In this document: piece by piece, positions 45,100 to 54,449 of the stretch | Layout of the letters: each line of letters opens with the position of its first letter | Numbering within the stretch: the first letter of the stretch is position 1 | Assembly: GCA_035292885.1 (NCBI GenBank) | Contig: DATDPG010000189.1 | Span: 2,722 to 66,721, forward strand | From: Bdellovibrionota bacterium | GTDB taxonomy: Bacteria; Bdellovibrionota_G; JALEGL01; DATDPG01 | DNA: 64,000 nucleotides | Reading direction: 5' to 3' | Translations under genes and position numbers: made by a program | The notes under the pieces: model-generated | What the model saw: the letters and a program-made list of their open reading frames with translations, nothing else | What the model was told of the DNA's origin: nothing | Database searches by the model: none

Positions 45100-46437
45100 C
45101 TAAGAATCGCGATCCACGTCGCTCATTGCCAGGAACTCGTGCAAAGGAAGCGCCCTGGCCAGCGGCCTCTTTTTCGAGAAGTCCTTTGTTACCAGGAGCC
45201 CTTTTTTGAACGCCCGTTCCATCACTTGGAAATCCCAGTCCGAGATGGATTGCCGATATTTCACTTCCACAGGGAGTACGATTTTTTCGGTCCTGTTTAG
45301 AACGAGATAATCAATTTCGTTGCCGCCCGAGCTTTTCCAGGTGAACACGTTTCGAGGAGCGGAAAGTCCCTCCCAAATGCGTTTTTCATATCTTCGCAAT
45401 AATTCAGCACCCACGGCCCACTCAGCTTTGGCGGCTTCGGACGCCGCATCCCCCTGTCCAAGCCACGCGGCCAAAAACCCAAGAGCGGGATCCACCCAAA
45501 ACAGCTTTCTATCCTTCTTGGGCGCCACACGATTTCGGGAAGTATCGAACGAGGAAATCGTGGCGAGAAGAAACGCATCGCCCAACGCGTCAATGTATTT
45601 CTTCGCAGTGTCTCGCGAAACGGTCATCGGCTTGCTGAAGCCCTCCATGCTAACGGCGTTCGCCTCAACCTGGGAAAGACGGGAGAACACCTCCAACGCG
45701 ATCGTTCGGTCGAGTTTGCGACGGCCGATTTCATAGAACACCACGTCGTCAAAAACTTGGAAGCCGTTCAGGGAATCCCAAGGACTCTCCGCTTTCACCG
45801 ATTTGATGTACTCATCCACACGGAAAGGGAAACCGCCCACGTCGAGAAACAGCTGAGCCTGCTTCAGTAGAGCCGGACCCAGATCGTTCGCCGCCAACTG
45901 AACCTGAAAATCAGAAAAAGACATCGGCAGCAGCGTGCGATCCGGAAAAAGGACGTTCCCACGGCGACCGGCCATCCGTTCCACCCCGGATTTCAAATCG
46001 AAAGCCGAACTCCCGGTAAGAATGATCGTTGCGGCGGCCAGGGTTCCATCATCGCGAAGCTTCTTGATCACGCGTTGCCAGCCCACTACGGATGTCGCTT
46101 CATCGACGACGATCAACTTCGGTTGATGCCGGGCCTGAAGATCCACCAGATGCTCCTCGACTTGCGAGAGTGTGCGAAACGTATCGAAGCTGGTCCATAC
46201 AATGTCCCTTCCCCGCCAGCCTCGCTTGGTAACCAGCTCTGCGACGAGAAGTTTAAGAGCGACCGTTTTCCCGGCGCGGCGCGGCCCCCGTAACGTGATG
46301 ACCCCTTGACTGGTGCATTCCCCTGGATCAATGGGGCGTGGCACATACTGAAGCCAGGACGATTTCACCTTCTTAAGGTCTGGATCCTGCCAAAGTCCCC
46401 CATAAAACCACCAAGCATTTTCGATAGTTACGCTCAC
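45100..46437 (-). CDS. AAA-family ATPase with DUF4143-type C-terminal domain
   Basis: Walker A 'RGPRRAGKTVAL', Walker B 'KLIVVDEA', 'ILTGSS'. Confidence 0.7.
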   Translation of the reverse strand: MSVTIENAWWFYGGLWQDPDLKKVKSSWLQYVPRPIDPGECTSQGVITLRGPRRAGKTVALKLLVAELVTKRGWRGRDIVWTSFDTFRTLSQVEEHLVDLQARHQPKLIVVDEATSVVGWQRVIKKLRDDGTLAAATIILTGSSAFDLKSGVERMAGRRGNVLFPDRTLLPMSFSDFQVQLAANDLGPALLKQAQLFLDVGGFPFRVDEYIKSVKAESPWDSLNGFQVFDDVVFYEIGRRKLDRTIALEVFSRLSQVEANAVSMEGFSKPMTVSRDTAKKYIDALGDAFLLATISSFDTSRNRVAPKKDRKLFWVDPALGFLAAWLGQGDAASEAAKAEWAVGAELLRRYEKRIWEGLSAPRNVFTWKSSGGNEIDYLVLNRTEKIVLPVEVKYRQSISDWDFQVMERAFKKGLLVTKDFSKKRPLARALPLHEFLAMSDVDRDS

Positions 46438-46549
46438 TTTCCTATTATTACTACGCAGCTAGCGAAAATGCCAGGCATTATTGAAGAGATCGCCCCGGGC
46501 GGAATAAATGACTTAAGCCGTCCGATCGGCTCAGGCTCAAGACGTTGAA

Positions 46550-47296
46550 TTGCCATTGCATAGTGCGATAGGTATACGGCGGCACACCATGAACAGAGGC
46601 CTCGAAGGTTTAATCCGCAAGTGCCTGCAAGAGAGGCAAAAGACATTGACGGAGTTTTCCCGCGAATTGGGGGTGACGCGTGTCACGGTCTACAACCTTT
46701 TCCTGGGGAAATACAGCCGGAAGCTTCTGGAAAGAGTCTCGAAATGCTTATCCATTCCTCTCCATGTTCTTCTTTCGGCGAAAAACGGGACCGCCACTGA
46801 CGATTTCAAGAAACGGCTCGCGTTGGCCTATCATGCGGCGAGTCCCAAGGTACGGTCCATCGTGCGCGCTTTGCTGAACCTCGAACATGAAATCCCGGCA
46901 TCAGATAAGAAACCGGTCGTGATTGTTGTGGACGACCTGCAAGACAACGTGGACCTCCTCCTGCGCTGTTTTCGAAAGGATTTTGAAGTTCTTGAATTCA
47001 CGGATCCCGAAGCGGCCTTTGAGGCGGCCAAACGAACGGATGTCGCCGCGATCGTGACCGATCAGAGAATGCCGAAAATGACGGGAACGCGTTTACTCGC
47101 GAAAATTCAGTCGTTGGGGCGGCCTGTCGCCACCATGATCGTTTCCGCTTATTCCGACAATCAGGCGCTCATGGAGGCGATTAACGAAGCTAAAGTCGAT
47201 GCCTTTATCATGAAACCATTCCGGCCGCAGGCCGTACATGAACGTTTGCATTCCATATTGGCGACGCGGCCGGCACAGGATCCCATCGTCCATTGA
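46550..47296 (+). CDS. XRE-type HTH + receiver-domain response regulator
   Basis: HTH 'TLTEFSRELGVTRVTVYNLFLGK'. The receiver has 'VVIVVDDLQDN', 'AAIVTDQRMPKMTG' and 'DAFIMKPF'. Confidence 0.7.
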   Translation: MPLHSAIGIRRHTMNRGLEGLIRKCLQERQKTLTEFSRELGVTRVTVYNLFLGKYSRKLLERVSKCLSIPLHVLLSAKNGTATDDFKKRLALAYHAASPKVRSIVRALLNLEHEIPASDKKPVVIVVDDLQDNVDLLLRCFRKDFEVLEFTDPEAAFEAAKRTDVAAIVTDQRMPKMTGTRLLAKIQSLGRPVATMIVSAYSDNQALMEAINEAKVDAFIMKPFRPQAVHERLHSILATRPAQDPIVH

Positions 47297-47397
47297 TCGT
47301 ATGTAGGCCACAAAGGTCACTTTCCTGGTCGTCGTCTCAAAAAACCCTTACATGGCGTATAATTTTTTTTTACATCTGATAAAATCAGGCGCTTAGA

Positions 47398-48174
47398 ATG
47401 GGCTCTCAAAAATACAACGCATTGCTTCTCCATCGCGAAAACGAAAGTCTGCCTTTTCGGAAAAAATTAATACGTGTGTTGGATGCCTTGCGGTGCTCGA
47501 CCAAGAGTGTCACCCGGTGGAGCAAAGCCAGGGAAGATTTGGAAGGGAACGTTTCTCGATACCAATTCGTTGTATTGGATCCCGCGGTCAAAGGCTACGA
47601 CAGTCAAACACTGCAAGACATATGGGCGGCGATGGGCCGCCGACAAAGGCCTATGCTGGTCCTTTTGAATCCTGCTTGCGGGCAGGCGGTCCCGGATCCG
47701 AAGGAAGAACCTTCGAATTTAAGCGCCGTGATTCGGGAGGATAATTCGTTGTATGAAATCGCGTTCATCCTTAACCGGATCTTGTTTCGACAGAACATGG
47801 GCCAACGGGAATTCCCGCGGGCGTACACGCAATTTAATGTGGAGTTCGCTCGTTCATCCGAACCTAACGCGAGGACCGGTCAGGCGTTGAATTTAAGCGT
47901 GGGGGGATTTTTTCTTCATACCGAGGTCTTAAACCCGGAACGGACGTTTCTTCATCTAAACCTAATGCTTCCGGATGGCTATAGTCCGATCGAGTGTTCC
48001 GGCAAAGTGGCATACACCCACTTCCCCGATTCTTCTCAGATCGATTTATTTCCTCCGGGGATGGGAATTCAATTCAAGGGGATCAACGACGTGGATCAAA
48101 GTCGAATTGGGAAGTTTGTGTGCGATCGGCTCCTCCGGATCGATCAGAAAGCGTTCGAAGGAAAAGAGATATGA
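47398..48174 (+). CDS. PilZ-domain (c-di-GMP-binding-type) protein
   Basis: C-terminal 'REFPRAYTQFNVEF...GQALNLSVGGFFLHT...GKVAYTHF...GMGIQFKGI'. Confidence 0.55.
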   Translation: MGSQKYNALLLHRENESLPFRKKLIRVLDALRCSTKSVTRWSKAREDLEGNVSRYQFVVLDPAVKGYDSQTLQDIWAAMGRRQRPMLVLLNPACGQAVPDPKEEPSNLSAVIREDNSLYEIAFILNRILFRQNMGQREFPRAYTQFNVEFARSSEPNARTGQALNLSVGGFFLHTEVLNPERTFLHLNLMLPDGYSPIECSGKVAYTHFPDSSQIDLFPPGMGIQFKGINDVDQSRIGKFVCDRLLRIDQKAFEGKEI

Positions 48175-48215
48175 TCGAAAGTTCGGTTTGGCGCGCATCC
48201 GCAAAGTAGCGCGGA

Positions 48216-51200
48216 TCATCTCCCATTTTTTTCTCCTTCCGCCGCCAATGACCGCGTTTGATCGTCTTCAAGATATCGCCGGTGAAGTTTATCATCGGGG
48301 TAATTTTTGGCCGGCGGATACGCCGACATACCGTGAAAAGGGAGCGGCTCGACGGTATTTGGACGGGCGGTTCGGAAATCGCCGTCTTTGATCCACCCCC
48401 CGGTATCGAGAACGTAGTCCCTCACCCAGCCCGGCTGAAGCGCGGGGAGTGCGGCCGAGGGAAAATCGACGGCGACTTCATCTCCGGGTGCAAGAATGAC
48501 GAACCGGTCGTCGGCGTCGTAAAGGAGTTCGGTCACGTCTCCGTACGCTGTGAAGTACCCCGCATGAGAATTTTCGAACGGGGGGACCTGTTGAAGGATT
48601 TCATAACGGTAGAGGTCGGGAAGTTTTCCATCCGGACTGTAGATCCGGGAGAACCCGCGATAATGAAGGTCGGCGCGGAGCGGGAGAAGGTCCGTCTCCT
48701 GTCGAGGGGAGGCGCCATTCGAGTCAATTCCAAAAAAGGCCTGATCCCAGAGGACGGCCAGGTTCGTCGAGATCCGAACGCGTTTGTCCTTATGCTGAAT
48801 CCGTCCCGTCAGATTTACCGGAAGGAACTTGTCCACTCCGGCGGGAAGACCGATATCGTCTTCCACCCGAAGCCAGCGGCCGTCCCGACCGATAACATCC
48901 AACGCCACGGCCTGCGTCGCGATCTCGGGGTTCTGCGCGACGGCGAAGTTAACGCTTGCATCCGGCCAGAGCGTGGTTCCACGCAGGAACAGCCAGAGTC
49001 GAACGGAGTTGGCGGGATCTCCCGGATCGAGGACGATCTCATGGAGCCGGGTGAATCCGGGATACTTCGGATTCACCGGCTTTACATCCTCCGCGTAAAC
49101 CCGATCCGCAGCGATGAGCGCCCGGCGAATGTCGTGACCCGCGCCGTCGAGAGCCGTCTGTGGTGGCGATGGTTGGCTTACGCTGTAGACCGTGAAAGGT
49201 TTGTACGGAGGCTCGGAAAACCGGTCTCCCGGAATGACGCGGGTTTCTTTCGGATGATCGAAAGCATGAAGGCGGAGGCGGTCGAGATACGTGATCTCCG
49301 CCAACTCCTGCGTAATCCGGATCGAGAGAAGGCCGTTTTTCTCGCGAAGCCGTTTCCCGTCGATGAGTACGGCCTCCCGATGGTTGGGTTCGAACGGAAC
49401 TCCGGGAACGAGTTGAATTCCGAGCGGGGTCGTATCGAGAATATCCGTAATAAATCGAAATCCGGAACCGTCAAAGGCGAATAGGAACGGACACGACTCG
49501 GCTAACCCCGGCCGCTCTTCGAACCGGAGCGGCTCCTTTTCTTTGACCTTCACATCGAGAAGATTTTGCGTAATGCCGGTCGGCCAACGAAGTCCGACGA
49601 CATCCAACTTCTTTCGCTTGCCGACGCCAAGATCGATCCAACGCTCAAACGTTTCACGAAGAAGATAAAACGGTCCGTCCTTGATCCAGACTTTCGCACC
49701 GTAACCGTCCATATTGTTCTTGCGGCCGAAGAGACGAAGCCGAATCGAACGGTTCGCGTTCCCCCCGTCGTTGCGCAAATAGATGATTTTTCCTTCGGAT
49801 GCGACGATGACGTCCGTATCGCCATCGTTATCGACATCCGCGGTTGTCCCGTTTCCTTTTCCGGGAGGGATCGTCAACCCTTGAAGGGATGCTTCCTCAG
49901 GCTCGCTCCAGGCTCCGGCGCCGTCATTTCGATACAGCGCGCTCTTCGACCCAAACGCCAGAAGATCCAAGTCGCCGTCGTTGTCCAAATCGGCAAGAAC
50001 GCCAAAATTCGGGGGAGTGGGTTGTGCCGTCCGAGCCGGAAACCGCAAGCCGGCATCCTTTATGAAGCGGCCGTCGCCGACGTTGTTCCAGATTCCGACG
50101 GCATCGGTGCCGAACAGGATAAGATCCGGCGCGCCATCGCCGTTGATATCTCCTACGACCACGAAGTTAGCGCCAGGCATGTCGGAAAGCCCCGACTTCC
50201 GGGCCATCTCGCGAAATGTTCCGTCCCGATTATTGAGAAAAAGCCGGTGATCTCCCTGGCCCGAAGGGAGAAGCACGTCGATGTCGTTGTGGAAATCGGC
50301 GTCCGTGAACAGCAGGTCGACGATCGCCCCTTTTCCCGCGACGATTCTTGAGGTGTGAGTGATGTCCGCAAACGTTTCATTTCCGTTGTTTCGCAGAACC
50401 AGAACGCGCGAGGAGGCGTTTTTCTCCGCGACGCACACAACGAGAATGTCGAGATCTCCTTCATGGTCGAGATCCACGAAACGCGCATGCCGAGGCGCCG
50501 TCCCGGCCGCACATTCCGGAAGCGGCTTCGCCTCCTTAAATGTAAAATCGCCGTTTCCGATCAGAAGCAGAGGCCGTTTTCCCGAACAGAACACGAGGTC
50601 GAGCTTGCCATCGTTGTTGAAGTCGGCGGCATCGGCACAATTCGTGCGGGAAGGATCGATCCCCGGGGGAATTACCGGGCCAGCCAGACGACCGTTGCGA
50701 TTTCGATAAACTTGAGCCCCCGCGATGAGATCGGGGAATGCATCGTCATCAATGTCGGCGAGACGCACGAACGGGGCCCGGATTCCCGCGAGACCGCTTG
50801 CGGCTGTCGCATCCCTGAACACGACGGAGATTTCATCCGAGCGGTTCCCCTTCGCCATGGCCGGTGACGCGATCAATTCCATGTACCGTGATTTTTCAAC
50901 CTCGGACAACGAGGTCCCGGGCCCGAGACCTTTTTCTTTCGTTCGCATGTACTCCTTGAAGGCCCGCTGCGCCCGCAGCGCTTCACGGCGGCCGGTGTAG
51001 TAATTAAATAACTGAAAATGCGCCGGCCCGTGGTCCGGATCGAGGCGGATGGTCTCCTCCCATTGGTGAGCGGCCTCCGCCAGTCGACCGAGTTTCTTGA
51101 ACGCGACACCGAGATTGTAATGCGCGGCGACACAGAGGGGATCGAGGGACAAGAGTCTTTCGAACTCCCTTCCGGCTTCTTTAAACCGGTCAAGACGCGC

Positions 51201-51509
51201 CTGCGTCACACCGGCCAGGTACGCGACGTGGGGAGATTTCGGTTCAAGGCGTCTGGCCTCGTTCAAGTCGGCAAGCGCCGGTTCATGGTTGCGCGCGTAG
51301 AGAAGCGAGATCGCGAGATTAATCCGGTCGTCCAGAGAGGTGGGCGCAAGCCGGACCGCCTCCCGAAAGTGAACCGCGGCACGGGCGTATTCCTCGTTCT
51401 GATATTCGGCGAGTCCGAGATTGCGCGCGGTCGCAAGCGTATGGACATCTCCAAACGCTTGTACCGTCAAAAGGAGGATCATTCCACAGGCAAGAGACAA
51501 CGCCCTCAT
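48216..51509 (-). CDS. TPR + FG-GAP/VCBS repeat + ASPIC/UnbV (CRTAC1-family) protein with a ~450-aa C-terminal extension
   Basis: N-terminal TPRs, repeated 'D.DNDG..D' FG-GAP motifs, and the UnbV-like segment 'NRSIRLRLFGRKNNMDGYGAKVWI...LRWPTG'. Confidence 0.75.
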   Translation of the reverse strand: MRALSLACGMILLLTVQAFGDVHTLATARNLGLAEYQNEEYARAAVHFREAVRLAPTSLDDRINLAISLLYARNHEPALADLNEARRLEPKSPHVAYLAGVTQARLDRFKEAGREFERLLSLDPLCVAAHYNLGVAFKKLGRLAEAAHQWEETIRLDPDHGPAHFQLFNYYTGRREALRAQRAFKEYMRTKEKGLGPGTSLSEVEKSRYMELIASPAMAKGNRSDEISVVFRDATAASGLAGIRAPFVRLADIDDDAFPDLIAGAQVYRNRNGRLAGPVIPPGIDPSRTNCADAADFNNDGKLDLVFCSGKRPLLLIGNGDFTFKEAKPLPECAAGTAPRHARFVDLDHEGDLDILVVCVAEKNASSRVLVLRNNGNETFADITHTSRIVAGKGAIVDLLFTDADFHNDIDVLLPSGQGDHRLFLNNRDGTFREMARKSGLSDMPGANFVVVGDINGDGAPDLILFGTDAVGIWNNVGDGRFIKDAGLRFPARTAQPTPPNFGVLADLDNDGDLDLLAFGSKSALYRNDGAGAWSEPEEASLQGLTIPPGKGNGTTADVDNDGDTDVIVASEGKIIYLRNDGGNANRSIRLRLFGRKNNMDGYGAKVWIKDGPFYLLRETFERWIDLGVGKRKKLDVVGLRWPTGITQNLLDVKVKEKEPLRFEERPGLAESCPFLFAFDGSGFRFITDILDTTPLGIQLVPGVPFEPNHREAVLIDGKRLREKNGLLSIRITQELAEITYLDRLRLHAFDHPKETRVIPGDRFSEPPYKPFTVYSVSQPSPPQTALDGAGHDIRRALIAADRVYAEDVKPVNPKYPGFTRLHEIVLDPGDPANSVRLWLFLRGTTLWPDASVNFAVAQNPEIATQAVALDVIGRDGRWLRVEDDIGLPAGVDKFLPVNLTGRIQHKDKRVRISTNLAVLWDQAFFGIDSNGASPRQETDLLPLRADLHYRGFSRIYSPDGKLPDLYRYEILQQVPPFENSHAGYFTAYGDVTELLYDADDRFVILAPGDEVAVDFPSAALPALQPGWVRDYVLDTGGWIKDGDFRTARPNTVEPLPFHGMSAYPPAKNYPDDKLHRRYLEDDQTRSLAAEGEKNGR

Positions 51510-53212
51510 GGAGCCGTCTCTTTTAGTTCGACCCCTTCCTCAATCAAGATCGTCTGATCGGCTTTCGTAGGGCCGATGCGATCGATCCGGCCGCTCGGCC
51601 AACGAAGTTCAATGGCATCCGCGCCGTCGTTTTCTCCCAGGCCGAAGAGGTTTCGCGGATCGTTCGTGGCGAGATAGCTCGACTGCGCTCGAACCTCCTG
51701 GATTTGTGTGCGGTCGCCCACAGTCACGAAAATCTTCGCGCCGATTCCGTCCCGGTTGCTTTTGCGCCCGGAAACGCGAATCCGCAACCAATGTCCCGAG
51801 TTCTTGGTCGCGTTGTGGTAGAGGGCGGGCCGTTCACCGGCGTCGGCCGCGAGAAGATCCATTTTCCCGTCGTCGTCGACATCCGCGTAAGCCAGGCCCC
51901 GGCCGAGCTTGCGAACGGCGTACACATCGCCGCAATCACGAGTGACATCGGAGAACTGTCCGCCCCCCCGGTTGAGATAAACCTGGCGTTCCTGCTTGGA
52001 CGTCATACTTTGAGAAAACGCGTCGATGTAGTCGACCATGTGCCCGTTGTTGACCAAAATGTCCCGCCATCCGTCGTTGTCGATGTCGAGCGACGCGACG
52101 CCAAACCCCACAAAGCGGTACGAATCCTCGGCGAAATGACTCGCGCGAGCGATATCCCGGAAACGCATGCCCCCCTCGTTGCGAAACAAGGAGTTGAACT
52201 CGAAGATCATATTGGTCATTACAAGGTCGAGGAGGCCGTCGCCGTCGAAATCGTCCACGGCGACCGCCATTCCCGCCGTCGCTTCGCCGTCTTCACTTAC
52301 GGCCACGCCGCTCCGAAACGCATGCTCGCGAAAACGGCCTTTCCCGTCGTTCTCATACAAGAACTTCGGTGTCCGGTCATTCGCAACGAAAATGTCTTGA
52401 TCCCCGTCGTTGTCGAGATCGGAGAACGCCACCCCTAACCCCTTGCCGCCGGGTGAAAGACCCGCGTTCTCCGTAATATTCTCGAACGTTCCGTTCCCGT
52501 TGTTTCGGTAGAGCGTGTCTGTAACCGCGTCGTAGTCGCGCGGGCCGGGGAAGAAACTGAATCCTTCCCGTTTGGACAGCGCCCCGGCATGAACATGTTT
52601 CATCTCGGGGCGGTAATCAATATAGTGCGTAACGTAAAGATCGAGGTGCCCGTCATTATCGATATCGGCCCAGGCGGCCTGCGTGCTGAACGCATTGACG
52701 ACTTCGAGTCCCGCCTTCTCGGTCACGTCGGTGAACGTGCCATTGCCGCTGTTATGAAAAAGAATGTTCCGGCCGTAGGAGGTGACGAAAAAATCCTGAT
52801 GGCCGTCGTTGTCATAGTCGGCCGCGGCCACCCCCATGCCGTACCCCGCGATCTTGAGGCCGGCCTTTTCGGTGACATCGGTGAACGTCCAATTCCCTTC
52901 GTTCCGGTAGAGCCTGCTCTCCCCGCCCCCGCTCTGCGCGAGAAAGATATCCATTTGGCCATCCCCGTCGTAGTCGAAAAAGCCGACTCCAGATCCGACA
53001 GAGTCGACCATGTTTCTCATCCGCGGGCTTCCCCACGTGTGAACAAACCTCAGGCCCGCTTTTTCGGTGGCATCGCTGAAATGACATCGTCCCGCCCATT
53101 GGCTTTCCGGATTCGAACGGCCCGGAATCGTGAGCCGCTCCGAGCAAGCCAGGACGAGGAGAAGCGCCGTCTCCATGAGCATTGTCCTTTTCTTGTATTT
53201 CCAATCTTTCAT
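51506..53212 (-). CDS. CRTAC1-family FG-GAP/VCBS + ASPIC/UnbV protein
   Basis: Multiple 'DYDNDGHQD'-type repeats and 'HWLRIRVSGRKSNRDGIGAKIFV...IELRWPSGR'. ATGA overlap with the downstream gene. Confidence 0.8.
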   Translation of the reverse strand: MKDWKYKKRTMLMETALLLVLACSERLTIPGRSNPESQWAGRCHFSDATEKAGLRFVHTWGSPRMRNMVDSVGSGVGFFDYDGDGQMDIFLAQSGGGESRLYRNEGNWTFTDVTEKAGLKIAGYGMGVAAADYDNDGHQDFFVTSYGRNILFHNSGNGTFTDVTEKAGLEVVNAFSTQAAWADIDNDGHLDLYVTHYIDYRPEMKHVHAGALSKREGFSFFPGPRDYDAVTDTLYRNNGNGTFENITENAGLSPGGKGLGVAFSDLDNDGDQDIFVANDRTPKFLYENDGKGRFREHAFRSGVAVSEDGEATAGMAVAVDDFDGDGLLDLVMTNMIFEFNSLFRNEGGMRFRDIARASHFAEDSYRFVGFGVASLDIDNDGWRDILVNNGHMVDYIDAFSQSMTSKQERQVYLNRGGGQFSDVTRDCGDVYAVRKLGRGLAYADVDDDGKMDLLAADAGERPALYHNATKNSGHWLRIRVSGRKSNRDGIGAKIFVTVGDRTQIQEVRAQSSYLATNDPRNLFGLGENDGADAIELRWPSGRIDRIGPTKADQTILIEEGVELKETAP

Positions 53213-53231
53213 GGCCCTTTTCTTCCCCTCT

Positions 53232-54449
53232 TCATTCGTAATAGTTCAACGTGAAATAGAATTGATCGTCTTTCGGGCCCATCATCACGGGGATTCTGAA
53301 ATCATGAACGTAGTCCAGCCGCAGCGTCGTTGAGTTGCTCAGTGAGTAGGCGGCTTCGGCAACGGAGTAGGTATGATCCTTAGAGGTGGAGCCTAAATCG
53401 GCCCAGATGCTCTTTACTTGAAACTTGAACTCAAGCTGCTGGTAGCCTGGTGGAATGTAATCGACGACGACATGGCCCGCCAGGGTCGTCGTGTCGTCGG
53501 GATGGAAGCTTTTGGGCATGGGTGGGTTGCTATTTCGTCCCACTCCGGCTTGCGCCATGACGATCGTGTGTTCCATATATTTGTAGAAGGTATCAACGTT
53601 TACACGCCATCGTTCAAGAGGCGGCCCGAAAAGCTTCTCGTCAGCCATCAGACGCGGGAGCTTTCCATACAGTCCCGAAAGGCCGTACTGGAAGCGCCAA
53701 TACGTAGGAGCGCCGACTCGCGCGCTGGCTAAATAGGCCGAGGGTCGCTTCGAATCGAACCAGTCGGGGTCATGCAATCCGAGTCCGCCGCCGGTCGTCA
53801 ACGCGACCTCATAGTCGTATTCGCCGAGCGGCGCTTTCCAGCGAACTCCCCAGTCTTTCTTCAGACCGATATCATCGATCTCCGGAGGCATCAGGAACTG
53901 TCCTCCGCGCGGCGACATCACCGGGTTGACGCCGTAAGGGATGTCGAAATGCCCCAGGAGAAGGGACATCCGCGGATGTAATTTCGGTTCGAAACGGATC
54001 CAAAAGTCGTGCAGAATAAGTTTAAGGCTGAGCTTTTTCGTATCGGAATTGAAATCCACGCGCATCGGATGGAACTCCACATCCGACGCCGACGGCTGCT
54101 TCCAGCTGGAGAACGGCGGATCGAAATCGAGTTCAAGATGAGGGTTCAGGTCGATCGTGGCCAGGCGCAAAGGCCACAATCCGGTTCCGGAGGATTCGTG
54201 ATCGAAGATCCGGATGTATTCGATTCCAACGTAGTTGCGCGGAATCCGGTCGGTCGGCTGGAAGTGGGCGAATTTCGTCGCCGAGAGAACTTTTCCTTCG
54301 GCGGTTATTACACCGGAGGCATTGAGATCGAGGTAGAGAAACGATTGATCTTCCGCGAACGCGCGCACGGCGGCAAAACAAATCAAAAAGAATACGATTC
54401 CGGTTTTCAGTTTGTATTCCTCCGTGTGGCCAGAACGAGTCCCGGCCAC
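53232..54449 (-). CDS. Putative outer-membrane porin-like beta-barrel protein
   Basis: Signal peptide 'IVFFLICFAAVRAFA', beta-strand-rich, aromatic-rich C-terminus 'FYFTLNYYE'. No specific motif was recognised. Confidence 0.35.
   Translation of the reverse strand: MAGTRSGHTEEYKLKTGIVFFLICFAAVRAFAEDQSFLYLDLNASGVITAEGKVLSATKFAHFQPTDRIPRNYVGIEYIRIFDHESSGTGLWPLRLATIDLNPHLELDFDPPFSSWKQPSASDVEFHPMRVDFNSDTKKLSLKLILHDFWIRFEPKLHPRMSLLLGHFDIPYGVNPVMSPRGGQFLMPPEIDDIGLKKDWGVRWKAPLGEYDYEVALTTGGGLGLHDPDWFDSKRPSAYLASARVGAPTYWRFQYGLSGLYGKLPRLMADEKLFGPPLERWRVNVDTFYKYMEHTIVMAQAGVGRNSNPPMPKSFHPDDTTTLAGHVVVDYIPPGYQQLEFKFQVKSIWADLGSTSKDHTYSVAEAAYSLSNSTTLRLDYVHDFRIPVMMGPKDDQFYFTLNYYE

Noticed and set aside
9319-46437. 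The two DUF4143 AAA-ATPase genes (9319-10515 and 45100-46437) considered as repeated borders of a mobile island
   Set aside because: The two proteins are only distantly similar. No flanking direct or inverted DNA repeats, integrase or tRNA were seen.
48258-49484. 408-aa plus-strand ORF inside the 1097-aa CRTAC1-like gene (and similar ones at 49566-50351 and 50355-50867)
   Set aside because: It is antisense to a gene with clear TPR, FG-GAP and UnbV motifs. Its composition is low-complexity and Arg/Gly/Val-rich.
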